DNA of 64,000 bases. Source: a virus. Made by a program: the position numbers and the translations under genes. The notes beneath the pieces are model-generated. The model was not told where the DNA came from and searched no databases. It worked only from the letters and a program-made list of their open reading frames with translations. The stretch's first letter is position 1, and every line of letters starts with the position of its first letter. The stretch spans positions 79,657 through 143,656 of the IMG/VR virus record IMGVR_UViG_3300025536_000010; one strand, 5' to 3'. Of this stretch, positions 19,301 to 26,555 are shown piece after piece.

Positions 19301-20241
19301 TCGGCTCTTGGACGGGTTCATCGTCCGTGGTCAAGGGTGCGTTGAAACTTGCGCAGTACGTCCCGGGCGGCGGCGGGCCGCTCAACTGGGCGATCTTCCT
19401 CATTACGACGTACACCGATAACGGCAGCTGGTACGATTTCGATGTCACCTATCAGGCGCACTCGGGTAGCTTCTCTGCGGACGACGACATCGACATCGCT
19501 TTCGACCGCACTGGCGACAAGGGCAGCCAGGGCGACCAGGGCTTCCAGGGCATTCGTGGCAGCCAGTGGACGTCGAACGGCATGGACCCGAGCGGCGGCA
19601 GCCCGCAAACGAACGATCAGTGGTTGAACACCACCAGCGGCAACGTCTTCTACTGGGACGGCGACAGCTGGGAACTGACAGGCAACATCAAGGGCGAGCA
19701 GGGCCTGCAAGGGTTCCAAGGTAATCAAGGAGAGCAAGGTTTCCAAGGAAATCAGGGTTTCCAAGGAAATCAAGGCGAGCAAGGTTTCCAAGGAAATCAA
19801 GGCGAGCAAGGCTTCCAAGGCTTCCAAGGTGACCAAGGCGCCCCAGGGGCCAAGGAAGCCATTATGCCGACCCGCGTCGAAGACGCGGAGGAGTATGTCG
19901 CGCTCGTCTGCACCGAGGCCCCGCAAGCCACTTTCCAGGACCACATGATTGTGGTCGTGCGACAGGCCCGGGAAGAGTTCGAGATCGACCCGTACTTCGT
20001 TCAGGTCTGCGAGCCGGGGTCGATCATGGTGACGGCAAGCCAGCCCAACCGAGCCGTGCCGGTGGGAGCCTACGTCACGAACGCCGGCAAAGTGGTCGTC
20101 GAGGCGGAACATCCCGAGCAGTTCCGCGTCATCCTGACACTGACCGGCACGCGCCGCGGCGCCCCGGCGCGGTTCAGCCGCCGTAGCCGCGAAGACATGG
20201 AGAAGAACATCCGCTTCTGGGACAGCTGGAAGCAGCTGTAA
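16321..20241 (+). CDS. Collagen-like fibre protein (G-X-Q triplets) with five repeated globular domains
   Basis: Long G-X-Y runs ([18 protein letters not shown]); five domains of roughly 125 aa each beginning near a DPGxG motif; C-terminal fibre-type domain. Confidence 0.85.
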   Translation: MSDLIPGPRGERGHQGYQGHRGLRGHQGSLGLTGDQGNQGVQGNQGFQGPADGFQGSQGDQGLQGFQGRQGFQGLTGSGSQGAAGGTGLQGNQGFQGAAGSTGSQGAQGAAGAGSQGAQGAAGSGSQGLQGFQGAVGVTGNQGNQGQAGGAGNQGNQGAQGRQGITGAQGDQGFGLQGFQGRQGSTGVQGFQGPAGSGAQGAQGSTGVQGAQGNLGEQGEQGEQGDQGDQGDTGVQGLQGFQGATGGVGAQGIQGDQGDTGEQGDQGDQGEQGAQGATGPQGFQGSIGLQGQTGEQGEQGFQGSGAQGAQGLQGAQGLQGREGTGLHYVYDDQTAAADPGTGEFRLNNSDVTQVTEIYLHETDQDNNDNQNLLAIWDDATSVNRGLIFLRNRTAGGYIAYKLVSDWTDNTNWRTATVEFVNSDGTHSNGDSFDITFAKIGDRGAQGDAGGNAFPYVYSTTTTDADPGSGFIRFNSGTMASVTEVYIDLESSAAADLTTWIESFDNYATSTHRGVLQVFKASDPTVFVNLAVTGSVTTATGYRKLTVTYIASDGTFTNLDEVVVGFAYTGQQGSQGAQGNQGSQGNQGDPAGNVVQYQYSTTTADADPGAGFFRLNNAAMASVTEMYIDLVDSLAVTQTAWIESLDDVGSTADRGVLRIANATDGTVFAIYRVTGSVTSASGYRKLTLSYVTHNGTLANNDDTIISFADAGQTGAQGLQGAQGLQGAQGLQGAQGLQGLQGSQGNQGVPGSGAQGDQGDQGDTGDQGAQGAQGLQGLQGLQGLQGAQGLQGAQGNQGSQGEVGEPGGYSAEYQWSNSTTDADPGGGFLRFNNGTVSSVTQLYIDLADRHTNDQTPWIESFDDFGATANRGALKIFKLGDPTVFAIFRVTDTIDTPAGYRKITVVYVDHNGSLTNNDNIVVSFAHAGQQGSQGLQGASDGDAGHEGGSVYYNWNTDTASSDPGNGYVKVDNATMSSVTKLYISDQDLNAVNIDTWLGSWTGSSSVVKGALKLAQYVPGGGGPLNWAIFLITTYTDNGSWYDFDVTYQAHSGSFSADDDIDIAFDRTGDKGSQGDQGFQGIRGSQWTSNGMDPSGGSPQTNDQWLNTTSGNVFYWDGDSWELTGNIKGEQGLQGFQGNQGEQGFQGNQGFQGNQGEQGFQGNQGEQGFQGFQGDQGAPGAKEAIMPTRVEDAEEYVALVCTEAPQATFQDHMIVVVRQAREEFEIDPYFVQVCEPGSIMVTASQPNRAVPVGAYVTNAGKVVVEAEHPEQFRVILTLTGTRRGAPARFSRRSREDMEKNIRFWDSWKQL
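18457..18528 (+). repeat. Four exact tandem 18-bp units GGAGCCCAGGGCCTGCAA (GAQGLQ) inside the collagen gene
   Basis: Read directly from the DNA. Confidence 0.85.
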
Positions 20242-20255
20242 AACAAGGAGAGAGC

Positions 20256-21179
20256 ATGGCAGACTTGATCGTCCGGGCCGGCATCCCGGAGATGGACGAC
20301 TGCAAAGTGCTGACGCGGCTCAAAGCGTTCATCGTCGACCAAGGCGTGGCCGCGACGCTGGAACATACGTTCCGCGACCGCAAAGGCAGCCCGGTCGACC
20401 TGGAAGACTGGTTAAGCACGCCCACCAGTCAGTCGGCTTCGGAGTCGCTGTCGGCAGAGTCGCCAGCCGGCCTGGTGAAACTGCGCGTCAAGGAGTTCCT
20501 CGGCGTCGGCCTCAGCGACCAAAGCAACCCGGTCTGGGAGGTGGACGGCGAGGGTTTTGACCCGGCCAAGGGTAAAGTCCGGGCCACGCTTGAAGACAGC
20601 ATGGTCGAGCGGCCCGGCATCTACGAGATGTCCTGGGCCATCGTCCGCAATGACAGCGACAAACGGCCGGTGGTCGTCGACCGCGGCCTGCTGTCCGTGG
20701 AAAAGAGTCTCTTCCCCAAAGACATCGTCAACGCCTACAAGAACCTGGGGCCGCCTACGCTCCAGGAGATCCGCATGCGGATCATGGACAGCAGCGCAGC
20801 CGAGAATCAGTACCTGCTGGACGACGTCGAGTTCAGCGACGACCAGATCATGCTGGCGATCACTGAGCCGGTACGCGAATGGAACGAGACGCCGCCGCCG
20901 ATTCGCCCGCACTACACCACGCGCACCTTCCCTTTCCGCGGGGCGTGGATCAAAGGTGTCATGGGCCAGCTGCACCTGATTGCCGCGGCGCATTACCGCC
21001 GTAATCGCTACGCCCACCAGGCTGGCGGGACGGGTAACGACGACAAGAACCGCGAGAAGGAGTACCTGGTCGAGGGTCAGCGGCTCTGGGGCGAGTACCT
21101 GGCGTGGCTAACCAACAAGAAAATTGAGATCAACCTGCGGGGTTTTGCCGGTTCGTTTGGCTCCGACTATGGTCGATAG
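20256..21179 (+). CDS. Neck / head-tail adaptor protein
   Basis: EIRMRIMD...ENQYLLDDVEFSDDQI...WNETPP pattern resembles myovirus neck proteins; lies between head and tail genes. Confidence 0.6.
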   Translation: MADLIVRAGIPEMDDCKVLTRLKAFIVDQGVAATLEHTFRDRKGSPVDLEDWLSTPTSQSASESLSAESPAGLVKLRVKEFLGVGLSDQSNPVWEVDGEGFDPAKGKVRATLEDSMVERPGIYEMSWAIVRNDSDKRPVVVDRGLLSVEKSLFPKDIVNAYKNLGPPTLQEIRMRIMDSSAAENQYLLDDVEFSDDQIMLAITEPVREWNETPPPIRPHYTTRTFPFRGAWIKGVMGQLHLIAAAHYRRNRYAHQAGGTGNDDKNREKEYLVEGQRLWGEYLAWLTNKKIEINLRGFAGSFGSDYGR

Positions 21180-21186
21180 CCGGTGG

Positions 21187-21219
21187 CTAAATAACGACCG
21201 TTTGTGCGTCAAGATAGGT
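21187..21219 (+). promoter_or_regulatory. Copy 1 of a 33-bp repeat, putative promoter
   Basis: 26/33 ungapped identity to 21938-21970; both copies are upstream of island genes. Confidence 0.55.
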
Positions 21220-21291
21220 AGGGTCGAGCGATCCTTCTTAGCTGCGGCTAGGATTACACAAGTAGGCTCATGCCTATCAAGGAGCACAGCG

Positions 21292-21615
21292 ATGGCAGCG
21301 ATTATCTTCACGCACGGGTTCGAGACAGACAAAAAGAAGTTGAAGAAGCGGTATCCTGCGGTAGACACCGGCGTCCAACAAATCGTTGGACAGTTCGTTC
21401 GGAACGAAAAGGTGGACGGTGTCCGCGTGCCCGACGCACCAGGCTGTTTGAAAGTGCGCGTAAAGAACGACGACAACTCGCGCGGTAAAAGCGCCGGCTA
21501 CCGCGTGCTGTACAGCACGTTGTCCGGCGGTACAGTGTTGCTGTTCGCCATTTACGAGAAGACGAAAGAAGACAAGAAAGCGGCGGAAGTCCGGGCGTTG
21601 CGTAACCGTCCCTAA
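21292..21615 (+). CDS. RelE/HigB-family type II toxin-like protein
   Basis: AAGGAG RBS; FTHGFETDKKKLKKRY, KVRV, RGKSAGYRVLY and LLFAIYEK match the RelE/HigB-2 signature. Confidence 0.75.
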   Translation: MAAIIFTHGFETDKKKLKKRYPAVDTGVQQIVGQFVRNEKVDGVRVPDAPGCLKVRVKNDDNSRGKSAGYRVLYSTLSGGTVLLFAIYEKTKEDKKAAEVRALRNRP

Positions 21616-21629
21616 CCAGGAGAGACAAC

Positions 21630-21941
21630 ATGGGTTTGCCGAGCGAGTTAGAGAAGTTCTTGCAGGACAAGTTCCCCGGTTGCGTTGTCAAGCACATCAA
21701 CAACGTGGAGCCGGGTGATCTCGATCCCGCCGCGCTGGCAGAGTTGGACCAGCGGCGTCAGGAGATACTGGATCGGGACCGGCAGTCCCTGCGCAATGGC
21801 GTGTGCGGGAACTGCGGCGCAAAGTACCCGGGAGAATGGCCGCCGCCGGACGAAGTCGGCCTAGCCGAGGGTTGGGGCCTCTACACGGACGAGGAGGACG
21901 AGCCGGTACTGCTCGTCTGCCCCTGCGACGACGCTGACTAA
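21630..21941 (+). CDS. Acidic hypothetical protein with CxxC...CxC (possible metal binding)
   Basis: AGGAG RBS; CGNC and CPC motifs. Confidence 0.55.
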   Translation: MGLPSELEKFLQDKFPGCVVKHINNVEPGDLDPAALAELDQRRQEILDRDRQSLRNGVCGNCGAKYPGEWPPPDEVGLAEGWGLYTDEEDEPVLLVCPCDDAD

Positions 21942-21970
21942 ATAATGCCCCCTTTTGCGTCAGGATAAGT
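21938..21970 (+). promoter_or_regulatory. Copy 2 of a 33-bp repeat, putative promoter, followed by a hairpin
   Basis: Matches 21187-21219; GGATAAGTGAGA-GGAC-TCTCACCTATCC stem overlaps its end. Confidence 0.55.
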
Positions 21971-22011
21971 GAGAGGACTCTCACCTATCCATCTACCGAA
22001 AGGGTGCAATC

Positions 22012-22194
22012 ATGGCTCAGCAGACGCAGTTCGTGACGGTCAAGGAAGAAGTGGCGGCCTTTGAGGCTAACCTGTACGCTCCGGCGTATCAGAGGGGCGG
22101 GTTATGGGGTCGGTTGCCGGCCCAGACGTTCCGGCCGATTAACAGGACGGCGGCCAAGTCCCAGGGACAGGGCAAGTTGCGGAAGGCAAGCTAG
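22012..22194 (+). CDS. Small hypothetical protein (PAYQRGGLW resembles the DUF262/GmrS N-terminal motif)
   Basis: GAAAGGG RBS-like sequence; 60 aa. Confidence 0.35.
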   Translation: MAQQTQFVTVKEEVAAFEANLYAPAYQRGGLWGRLPAQTFRPINRTAAKSQGQGKLRKAS

Positions 22195-22261
22195 GTCTAG
22201 GCAGAAGCGGCCCGGACGGCGGACGTCCGGGCCATTCTGTTTTTACCCGGGAGGGCCGAAC

Positions 22262-22429
22262 GTGGACGACTTGAAAATTGTCAAAGAAGAGGACAAACTC
22301 GTCGAGGAGGCGCTGGCGACAACCGACTTCGCGGCGGTGGTCCGCGAGAAAGACCAGGGCGAAGAGGATACGAAGGAGTACCACAAAGCCCGCGGTCGCA
22401 AACGGGACCGGCTCGTCCAGGCCGGCTAA
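22262..22429 (+). CDS. Small hypothetical protein
   Basis: GGGAGG RBS before GTG 22262. Confidence 0.4.
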   Translation: MDDLKIVKEEDKLVEEALATTDFAAVVREKDQGEEDTKEYHKARGRKRDRLVQAG

Positions 22430-22487
22430 TCTAAAAAATGGTTTTGAACGGAGGCTAGCCTCGCACATGCGAAAGGAGAACGAAGGA

Positions 22488-22640
22488 ATGTCGAAGGATA
22501 CCGTGCAGGACATCCTGATCGTCACACGAGGCGACAACATCGCCGTCGACGTCGACCACGGGCCGGGGGTCAACACAGGCACCAGGAGGGTGACCGACCC
22601 CTACGCCCACATGTGGATCGACGAAGGGGGTGAGGGGTAG
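22488..22640 (+). CDS. Small hypothetical protein
   Basis: AAGGAG upstream of ATG; terminator downstream. Confidence 0.4.
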   Translation: MSKDTVQDILIVTRGDNIAVDVDHGPGVNTGTRRVTDPYAHMWIDEGGEG

Positions 22641-22661
22641 CGAACCGAGGCAACACAACAG

Positions 22662-22688
22662 GGGCACGCCGCATGGCGTGCCCTTTTT
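22662..22688 (+). terminator. Rho-independent terminator
   Basis: GGGCACGCC-gcat-GGCGTGCCC-TTTTT. Confidence 0.75.
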
Positions 22689-22715
22689 CGTTTACCACAC
22701 CGAAAGGAATGCACC

Positions 22716-23099
22716 ATGTTCAATTTCTACTGCACGCCGCGTGCGTTCGACAACGGCACGCTCTACATCACCACCGACTTCCGGCCGCACCGTGTCTACG
22801 CCGTGTGGCTCAAAATGGGCCATGTCGAAGACCGCGTCGGCACCCACGGGTCCATGTGGGGCCGGTTGGAAGACGGCAGCCAGGCTACCCTGATCTTCCG
22901 GGCCGTCGAGTGCTGCACGGACGCCGAGTTGGCCGTCAGTGAATGCGTCGTCACTGGTAGGAGTGTTTGCCAGCTGGTGCGCCGGTTCGAGCGCTACGCC
23001 CAGAAGCACAAGGGCATTCGCGTGCGTCTCTACGCGGAGGGCAACAACCTGGCGATCAAGAGCGGCCGGTACAACCTGCCCAAGCGCGCCGCCGTCTAG
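22716..23099 (+). CDS. Hypothetical protein, weakly T5orf172/GIY-YIG-like
   Basis: GAAAGGA RBS; LYI...WLKMGH...GRL pattern gives only a weak resemblance. Confidence 0.4.
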   Translation: MFNFYCTPRAFDNGTLYITTDFRPHRVYAVWLKMGHVEDRVGTHGSMWGRLEDGSQATLIFRAVECCTDAELAVSECVVTGRSVCQLVRRFERYAQKHKGIRVRLYAEGNNLAIKSGRYNLPKRAAV

Positions 23100-23115
23100 T
23101 AACAAAGTGTGTTCC

Positions 23116-23142
23116 GAGCGGGCTTTGCCAGCCCGCTCTTTT
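23116..23142 (+). terminator. Rho-independent terminator
   Basis: GAGCGGGCT...AGCCCGCTC-TTTT. Confidence 0.75.
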
Positions 23143-23169
23143 CGTTTTAACCGTGAAAGGAGTTTTATC

Positions 23170-24303
23170 ATGGTGACGGCTCAGACCACTGGGAACGGTA
23201 TCATCGACGGCAACAACCTGCAACAGGCTCTCACGACTGCCGGGTTGCGCGCAATCATCGGATTCACGGCGGCGCTGACAGCGCTGCTGCCAAAGATGCG
23301 GGCGAACCACTACTGGGTCGCGGACGTGTTCGCGGAGAGCATTCTCCAGTTCAAGTACGGCGTGGCCTTCACGCTGCAAAAGGCGATCAAGCTGAGCCAG
23401 ATCGACCTGGCGGCGAGTATGTTCAACGGCGCGCGTCTGGACATGCGCCTGGACGGGCTCAGGTCGCTGCGCATTGCAGAGTCGTTCGCGGCGTACAAGC
23501 ACGGCATGAAGCCGATCATCCTGTGGAAGCGTCCCGACGGTCGCTACATTGTTCTGGAAGGCAATCACATTCTGTGCGCTTGCCGGGCGATGGGGATCGA
23601 GACACTGTGGGCCTACGTCATCGAGTGCGACGAAGCGACCGCAGGGCTTATCACGCGCAGCTGGAACACCGTGCAAGGGTTCGGCCAAAAAGAAGAGGAC
23701 AGCTACACCCTGGCGGTGGATGAACTGACCTCGCGCGGCGAAGCCGCCGTCGTGCTCCAGACGATCAAGGACGTCGCTAAGATTTGGGGCCTGCGGTGGA
23801 AGCGGCTCCAGGAGCGCTACCGTCAGCGCCTGTTCCTCAATCACATGTTCAAGGCCAAAATCGACGGGGGGTTGGGCTTGAAGCCGCACGGGCACACGGA
23901 CTGTTTCAGCGAGCGGACGATTGAGGCCATCATGGGCCTCAACGACGCCGAGAAACAGCGTGAACTGTCCGAAGCTATCATGAACCACGGATTCTCGTGG
24001 GGTGTGGTCAGCAACATCGTCGCTACCAGCACGGAAGGCATGGCAGCGTTTAAGGCAGCCATCGTCACATGGACAAACGCGACGTCGGGTACGTCGCTTG
24101 ATGGTACGGTGGTGCGTGTTCGGCTCACCGAACAACAGCGGATCAAGAAAGCGATTGATTCGTTTGCAAAGAGCCTCGACAGCATGCCCGACGATCTGGC
24201 CAAGGCATGCACCGCCAGCGTTGTCATGTCTCTGCGCCCGAAACTCGACAAAATCTTGCAGCGCTGCCCGGTCATTCGGGAGGCTACCTATGGCAAGTAT
24301 TGA
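23170..24303 (+). CDS. ParB/Sulfiredoxin-like N-terminal domain protein
   Basis: AAAGGAG RBS; KPIILWKRPDGRYIVLEGNHILCACRAMGIETLWAYVI is a ParB-N-like box; possible HTH follows (IKDVAKIWGL). Confidence 0.65.
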   Translation: MVTAQTTGNGIIDGNNLQQALTTAGLRAIIGFTAALTALLPKMRANHYWVADVFAESILQFKYGVAFTLQKAIKLSQIDLAASMFNGARLDMRLDGLRSLRIAESFAAYKHGMKPIILWKRPDGRYIVLEGNHILCACRAMGIETLWAYVIECDEATAGLITRSWNTVQGFGQKEEDSYTLAVDELTSRGEAAVVLQTIKDVAKIWGLRWKRLQERYRQRLFLNHMFKAKIDGGLGLKPHGHTDCFSERTIEAIMGLNDAEKQRELSEAIMNHGFSWGVVSNIVATSTEGMAAFKAAIVTWTNATSGTSLDGTVVRVRLTEQQRIKKAIDSFAKSLDSMPDDLAKACTASVVMSLRPKLDKILQRCPVIREATYGKY

Positions 24304-24628
24304 CACCGACTACGTCCGCCGGAAATTCGGCGACGGGCACTGGCGAACGTTCGACGAGATGGCAGCGGCGGCGGCAACGGACGTGCCCGCTGCCGAGGCC
24401 ATTCGCGTCTGCCTATCGAAGGGGCGGGGGTACGCAAAGAAGACGCGCGAAGATCAGTACCGCCTCGGCGTCCGTGCAATGGTCTGCCGCGTTTTCGGAC
24501 AACTCCAGCGAGACGGCTGGACCGACAGCCGAGCGCGCGACGCGACAGACGAACAAGAGTACCGCATCCTGACTGAAACTGAACGGAAACCGACGACGCG
24601 CGATCGTTGGACAAAGGCCGGCGACTGA
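24290..24628 (+). CDS. Hypothetical protein
   Basis: GGGAGG RBS; overlaps the end of the ParB-like gene. Confidence 0.5.
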   Translation: MASIDTDYVRRKFGDGHWRTFDEMAAAAATDVPAAEAIRVCLSKGRGYAKKTREDQYRLGVRAMVCRVFGQLQRDGWTDSRARDATDEQEYRILTETERKPTTRDRWTKAGD

Positions 24629-24651
24629 GCCAGCCTTGACGTCGAGAACCG

Positions 24652-24691
24652 AAAGACCCATGCTACCCTTATAGGGAGTATGGGCCTTTTT
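24652..24691. terminator. Hairpin with A-tract before and T-tract after (possibly bidirectional terminator) closing the island
   Basis: AAAGACCCATGCTACCCT-tat-AGGGAGTATGGGCCTTTTT. Confidence 0.55.
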
Positions 24692-24715
24692 CTTACCTAT
24701 CAGCCAGGGACGGCG

Positions 24716-25588
24716 ATGGAAACCAACTGCCAGGTCTGCCCTCCCCAATGCGCGTCGGTCTTCGACCGCGTTGTGGTTAGCCACCTGATCCGCGGCCAGA
24801 CCCGCGTCATGTGGGAACTGCTCGACACTTTCACAGACCCAGGCCCGCTCACCTTCCAGCTGCAAGTTGGCACCACGAACAACTCGGACGCAGACGACTG
24901 GGAAGACGTCGGCCTGCCTGTGGTCGATCAGTATTTCGCGTTCGACCCGGACCAGCGCGTTTGGGGCAAAACGAACTGGACGCACTACCGCGTCGCGCTG
25001 ACGACGAGTCTGGGCACCTACACCAGCGCACCAACTGGCGGCATGGGCATCTTGCCGCGCCGCTGGTGGCGGCTAGCCCGCAACGTCGTCCGACAGCGAC
25101 TGGTGGAGTTCAACAAAGGCCCTGGCGGCCAGGAAGGCTACCTGCTCAAACGGCGCTGGACCGGCGAGAACTGCCCCACTTGCCTCGACTACCAGACCAG
25201 AGAAAGTCGCAACCCGGACTGCCCCGACTGCTACGGCACCGGCAAGAAGTGCGGCTACTTCTACCCGATGGCCTGCGTCTGGGCTGAGTTGTCTCCCAAG
25301 GCCCACCACACCGACCTGGACGCCGGCCAGGGCCGCGCCACGGTCAACGACATCATCGTCAGCGCCAAAATGGCGGCTACCTACCTGATGTCCGAAGGAG
25401 ACGTTTGGGTCGCCAAGGAATCGGACGACCGTTACTACGTTCACGAGGTCCAGCACACCAGCGAGATGAAAGGCGTGCCGTTGGTGGCCGAGGTGAAAAT
25501 GCGGCCGGTGCCGTTCACGTCAGCTGTCTACAGCATTGCGATCCCTCAGCAAGACGAGGCCAAAGACACGCCCGAGGAGGACGACTGA
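24716..25588 (+). CDS. Head completion / head-closure protein with a Zn finger
   Basis: CPTC...CPDCYGTG motif followed by a beta-barrel-like segment (GDVWV...RYYV); position before terminator and sheath genes. Confidence 0.55.
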   Translation: METNCQVCPPQCASVFDRVVVSHLIRGQTRVMWELLDTFTDPGPLTFQLQVGTTNNSDADDWEDVGLPVVDQYFAFDPDQRVWGKTNWTHYRVALTTSLGTYTSAPTGGMGILPRRWWRLARNVVRQRLVEFNKGPGGQEGYLLKRRWTGENCPTCLDYQTRESRNPDCPDCYGTGKKCGYFYPMACVWAELSPKAHHTDLDAGQGRATVNDIIVSAKMAATYLMSEGDVWVAKESDDRYYVHEVQHTSEMKGVPLVAEVKMRPVPFTSAVYSIAIPQQDEAKDTPEEDD

Positions 25589-25917
25589 TGCCGCACACGC
25601 CACGACGGTTCGCCTCGACCACGGGTATCTCGCCCGAACTGCTCCAGCGCCCGGTAGATCACCACCCGCCCATTCCGATCCGCCGCGGCGAGAAGCGCAG
25701 CGAGGAACCACAAACACCACAAGGAAAGCGTCGCCGACTCGGACTGGGCAAGCTCAACATGCACACCTACGAGCCGGACCCGGTGCAACTTTTGAAAACC
25801 TTGTTCGGAAAGGAGCCGACGACCAATGGTTACACCGGCCAACTGGTGCTTGCCAACAACGCCAGTTTCACAGCCAGACCCGGGACGCAAAACCCTGGTG
25901 CCGATAAGCCCAAGTAG
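25588..25917 (+). CDS. Basic hypothetical protein
   Basis: TGATG coupling with the previous gene; overlaps the next gene by about 90 nt. Confidence 0.35.
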   Translation: MPHTPRRFASTTGISPELLQRPVDHHPPIPIRRGEKRSEEPQTPQGKRRRLGLGKLNMHTYEPDPVQLLKTLFGKEPTTNGYTGQLVLANNASFTARPGTQNPGADKPK

Positions 25918-26524
25918 CCTGTGCATGATGGGCTGGCGCCCCATCATGATTACCGGCCTCCTCCGCGACCTGATGACGCGGAAGTTCAACGGCGAACCGA
26001 ATAACATCGAGGAGCCAGACCTCAAACACCTGGTCTGGCGTGAGGATGAACGGACTGGTATCCTAATAGAGAGCATTCACCGTTGGCGCGGGGATCTGGT
26101 CGAGAAGCGACCCGCGATTATCGTGAAGCTCAACGCCCGACAAAACGTCCGCATGGGTATCGCGGACCTCGTCGGGCCAACCGAACAAGGCAACATGCGC
26201 TACTGCACATTCTGGGTGGGTAGCCACACCTTGTTCTGCATCCACGGATCGGGTGCGAGTGTGGAAATCCTGGCGACGGAGGTGCAACGCCACCTCACGG
26301 GTTTCGGCCCGGTCGTTCGCCAGTACCTGCGCCTGCCCCAGTGGCAGGTGACAGAAGTCGGCGCCGTCTCTGAGATCGAGGAGGCTCGGGAGTCCTTTGT
26401 CATCCCCATCACCGTAGGCTGGGCCTACGATGAACAGTGGGAACTGGGGCTGGAGTCGCTCAAGCTCAGAAAGGTGCCTTTGAGTGTCCTGTTGGACGGG
26501 GCGCTCGTTCAGGAAACGAAGTGA
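25826..26524 (+). CDS. Putative tail terminator/completion protein
   Basis: AAGGAG RBS; KRPAIIV motif; directly upstream of the sheath gene. Confidence 0.55.
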   Translation: MVTPANWCLPTTPVSQPDPGRKTLVPISPSSLCMMGWRPIMITGLLRDLMTRKFNGEPNNIEEPDLKHLVWREDERTGILIESIHRWRGDLVEKRPAIIVKLNARQNVRMGIADLVGPTEQGNMRYCTFWVGSHTLFCIHGSGASVEILATEVQRHLTGFGPVVRQYLRLPQWQVTEVGAVSEIEEARESFVIPITVGWAYDEQWELGLESLKLRKVPLSVLLDGALVQETK

Positions 26525-26555
26525 CCACACTCTTTACGCACGGAGGCATGCCAGG

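Noticed and set aside
16321..19850. Repetitive DNA resembling a CRISPR or satellite array
   Set aside because: Repeats are in-frame multiples of 9 bp encoding collagen triplets; no unique spacers and no cas genes.
24637..24670. TTGACG...TACCCT as a sigma-70 promoter
   Set aside because: Spacer is about 22 bp, too long; the region is better explained by the hairpin.
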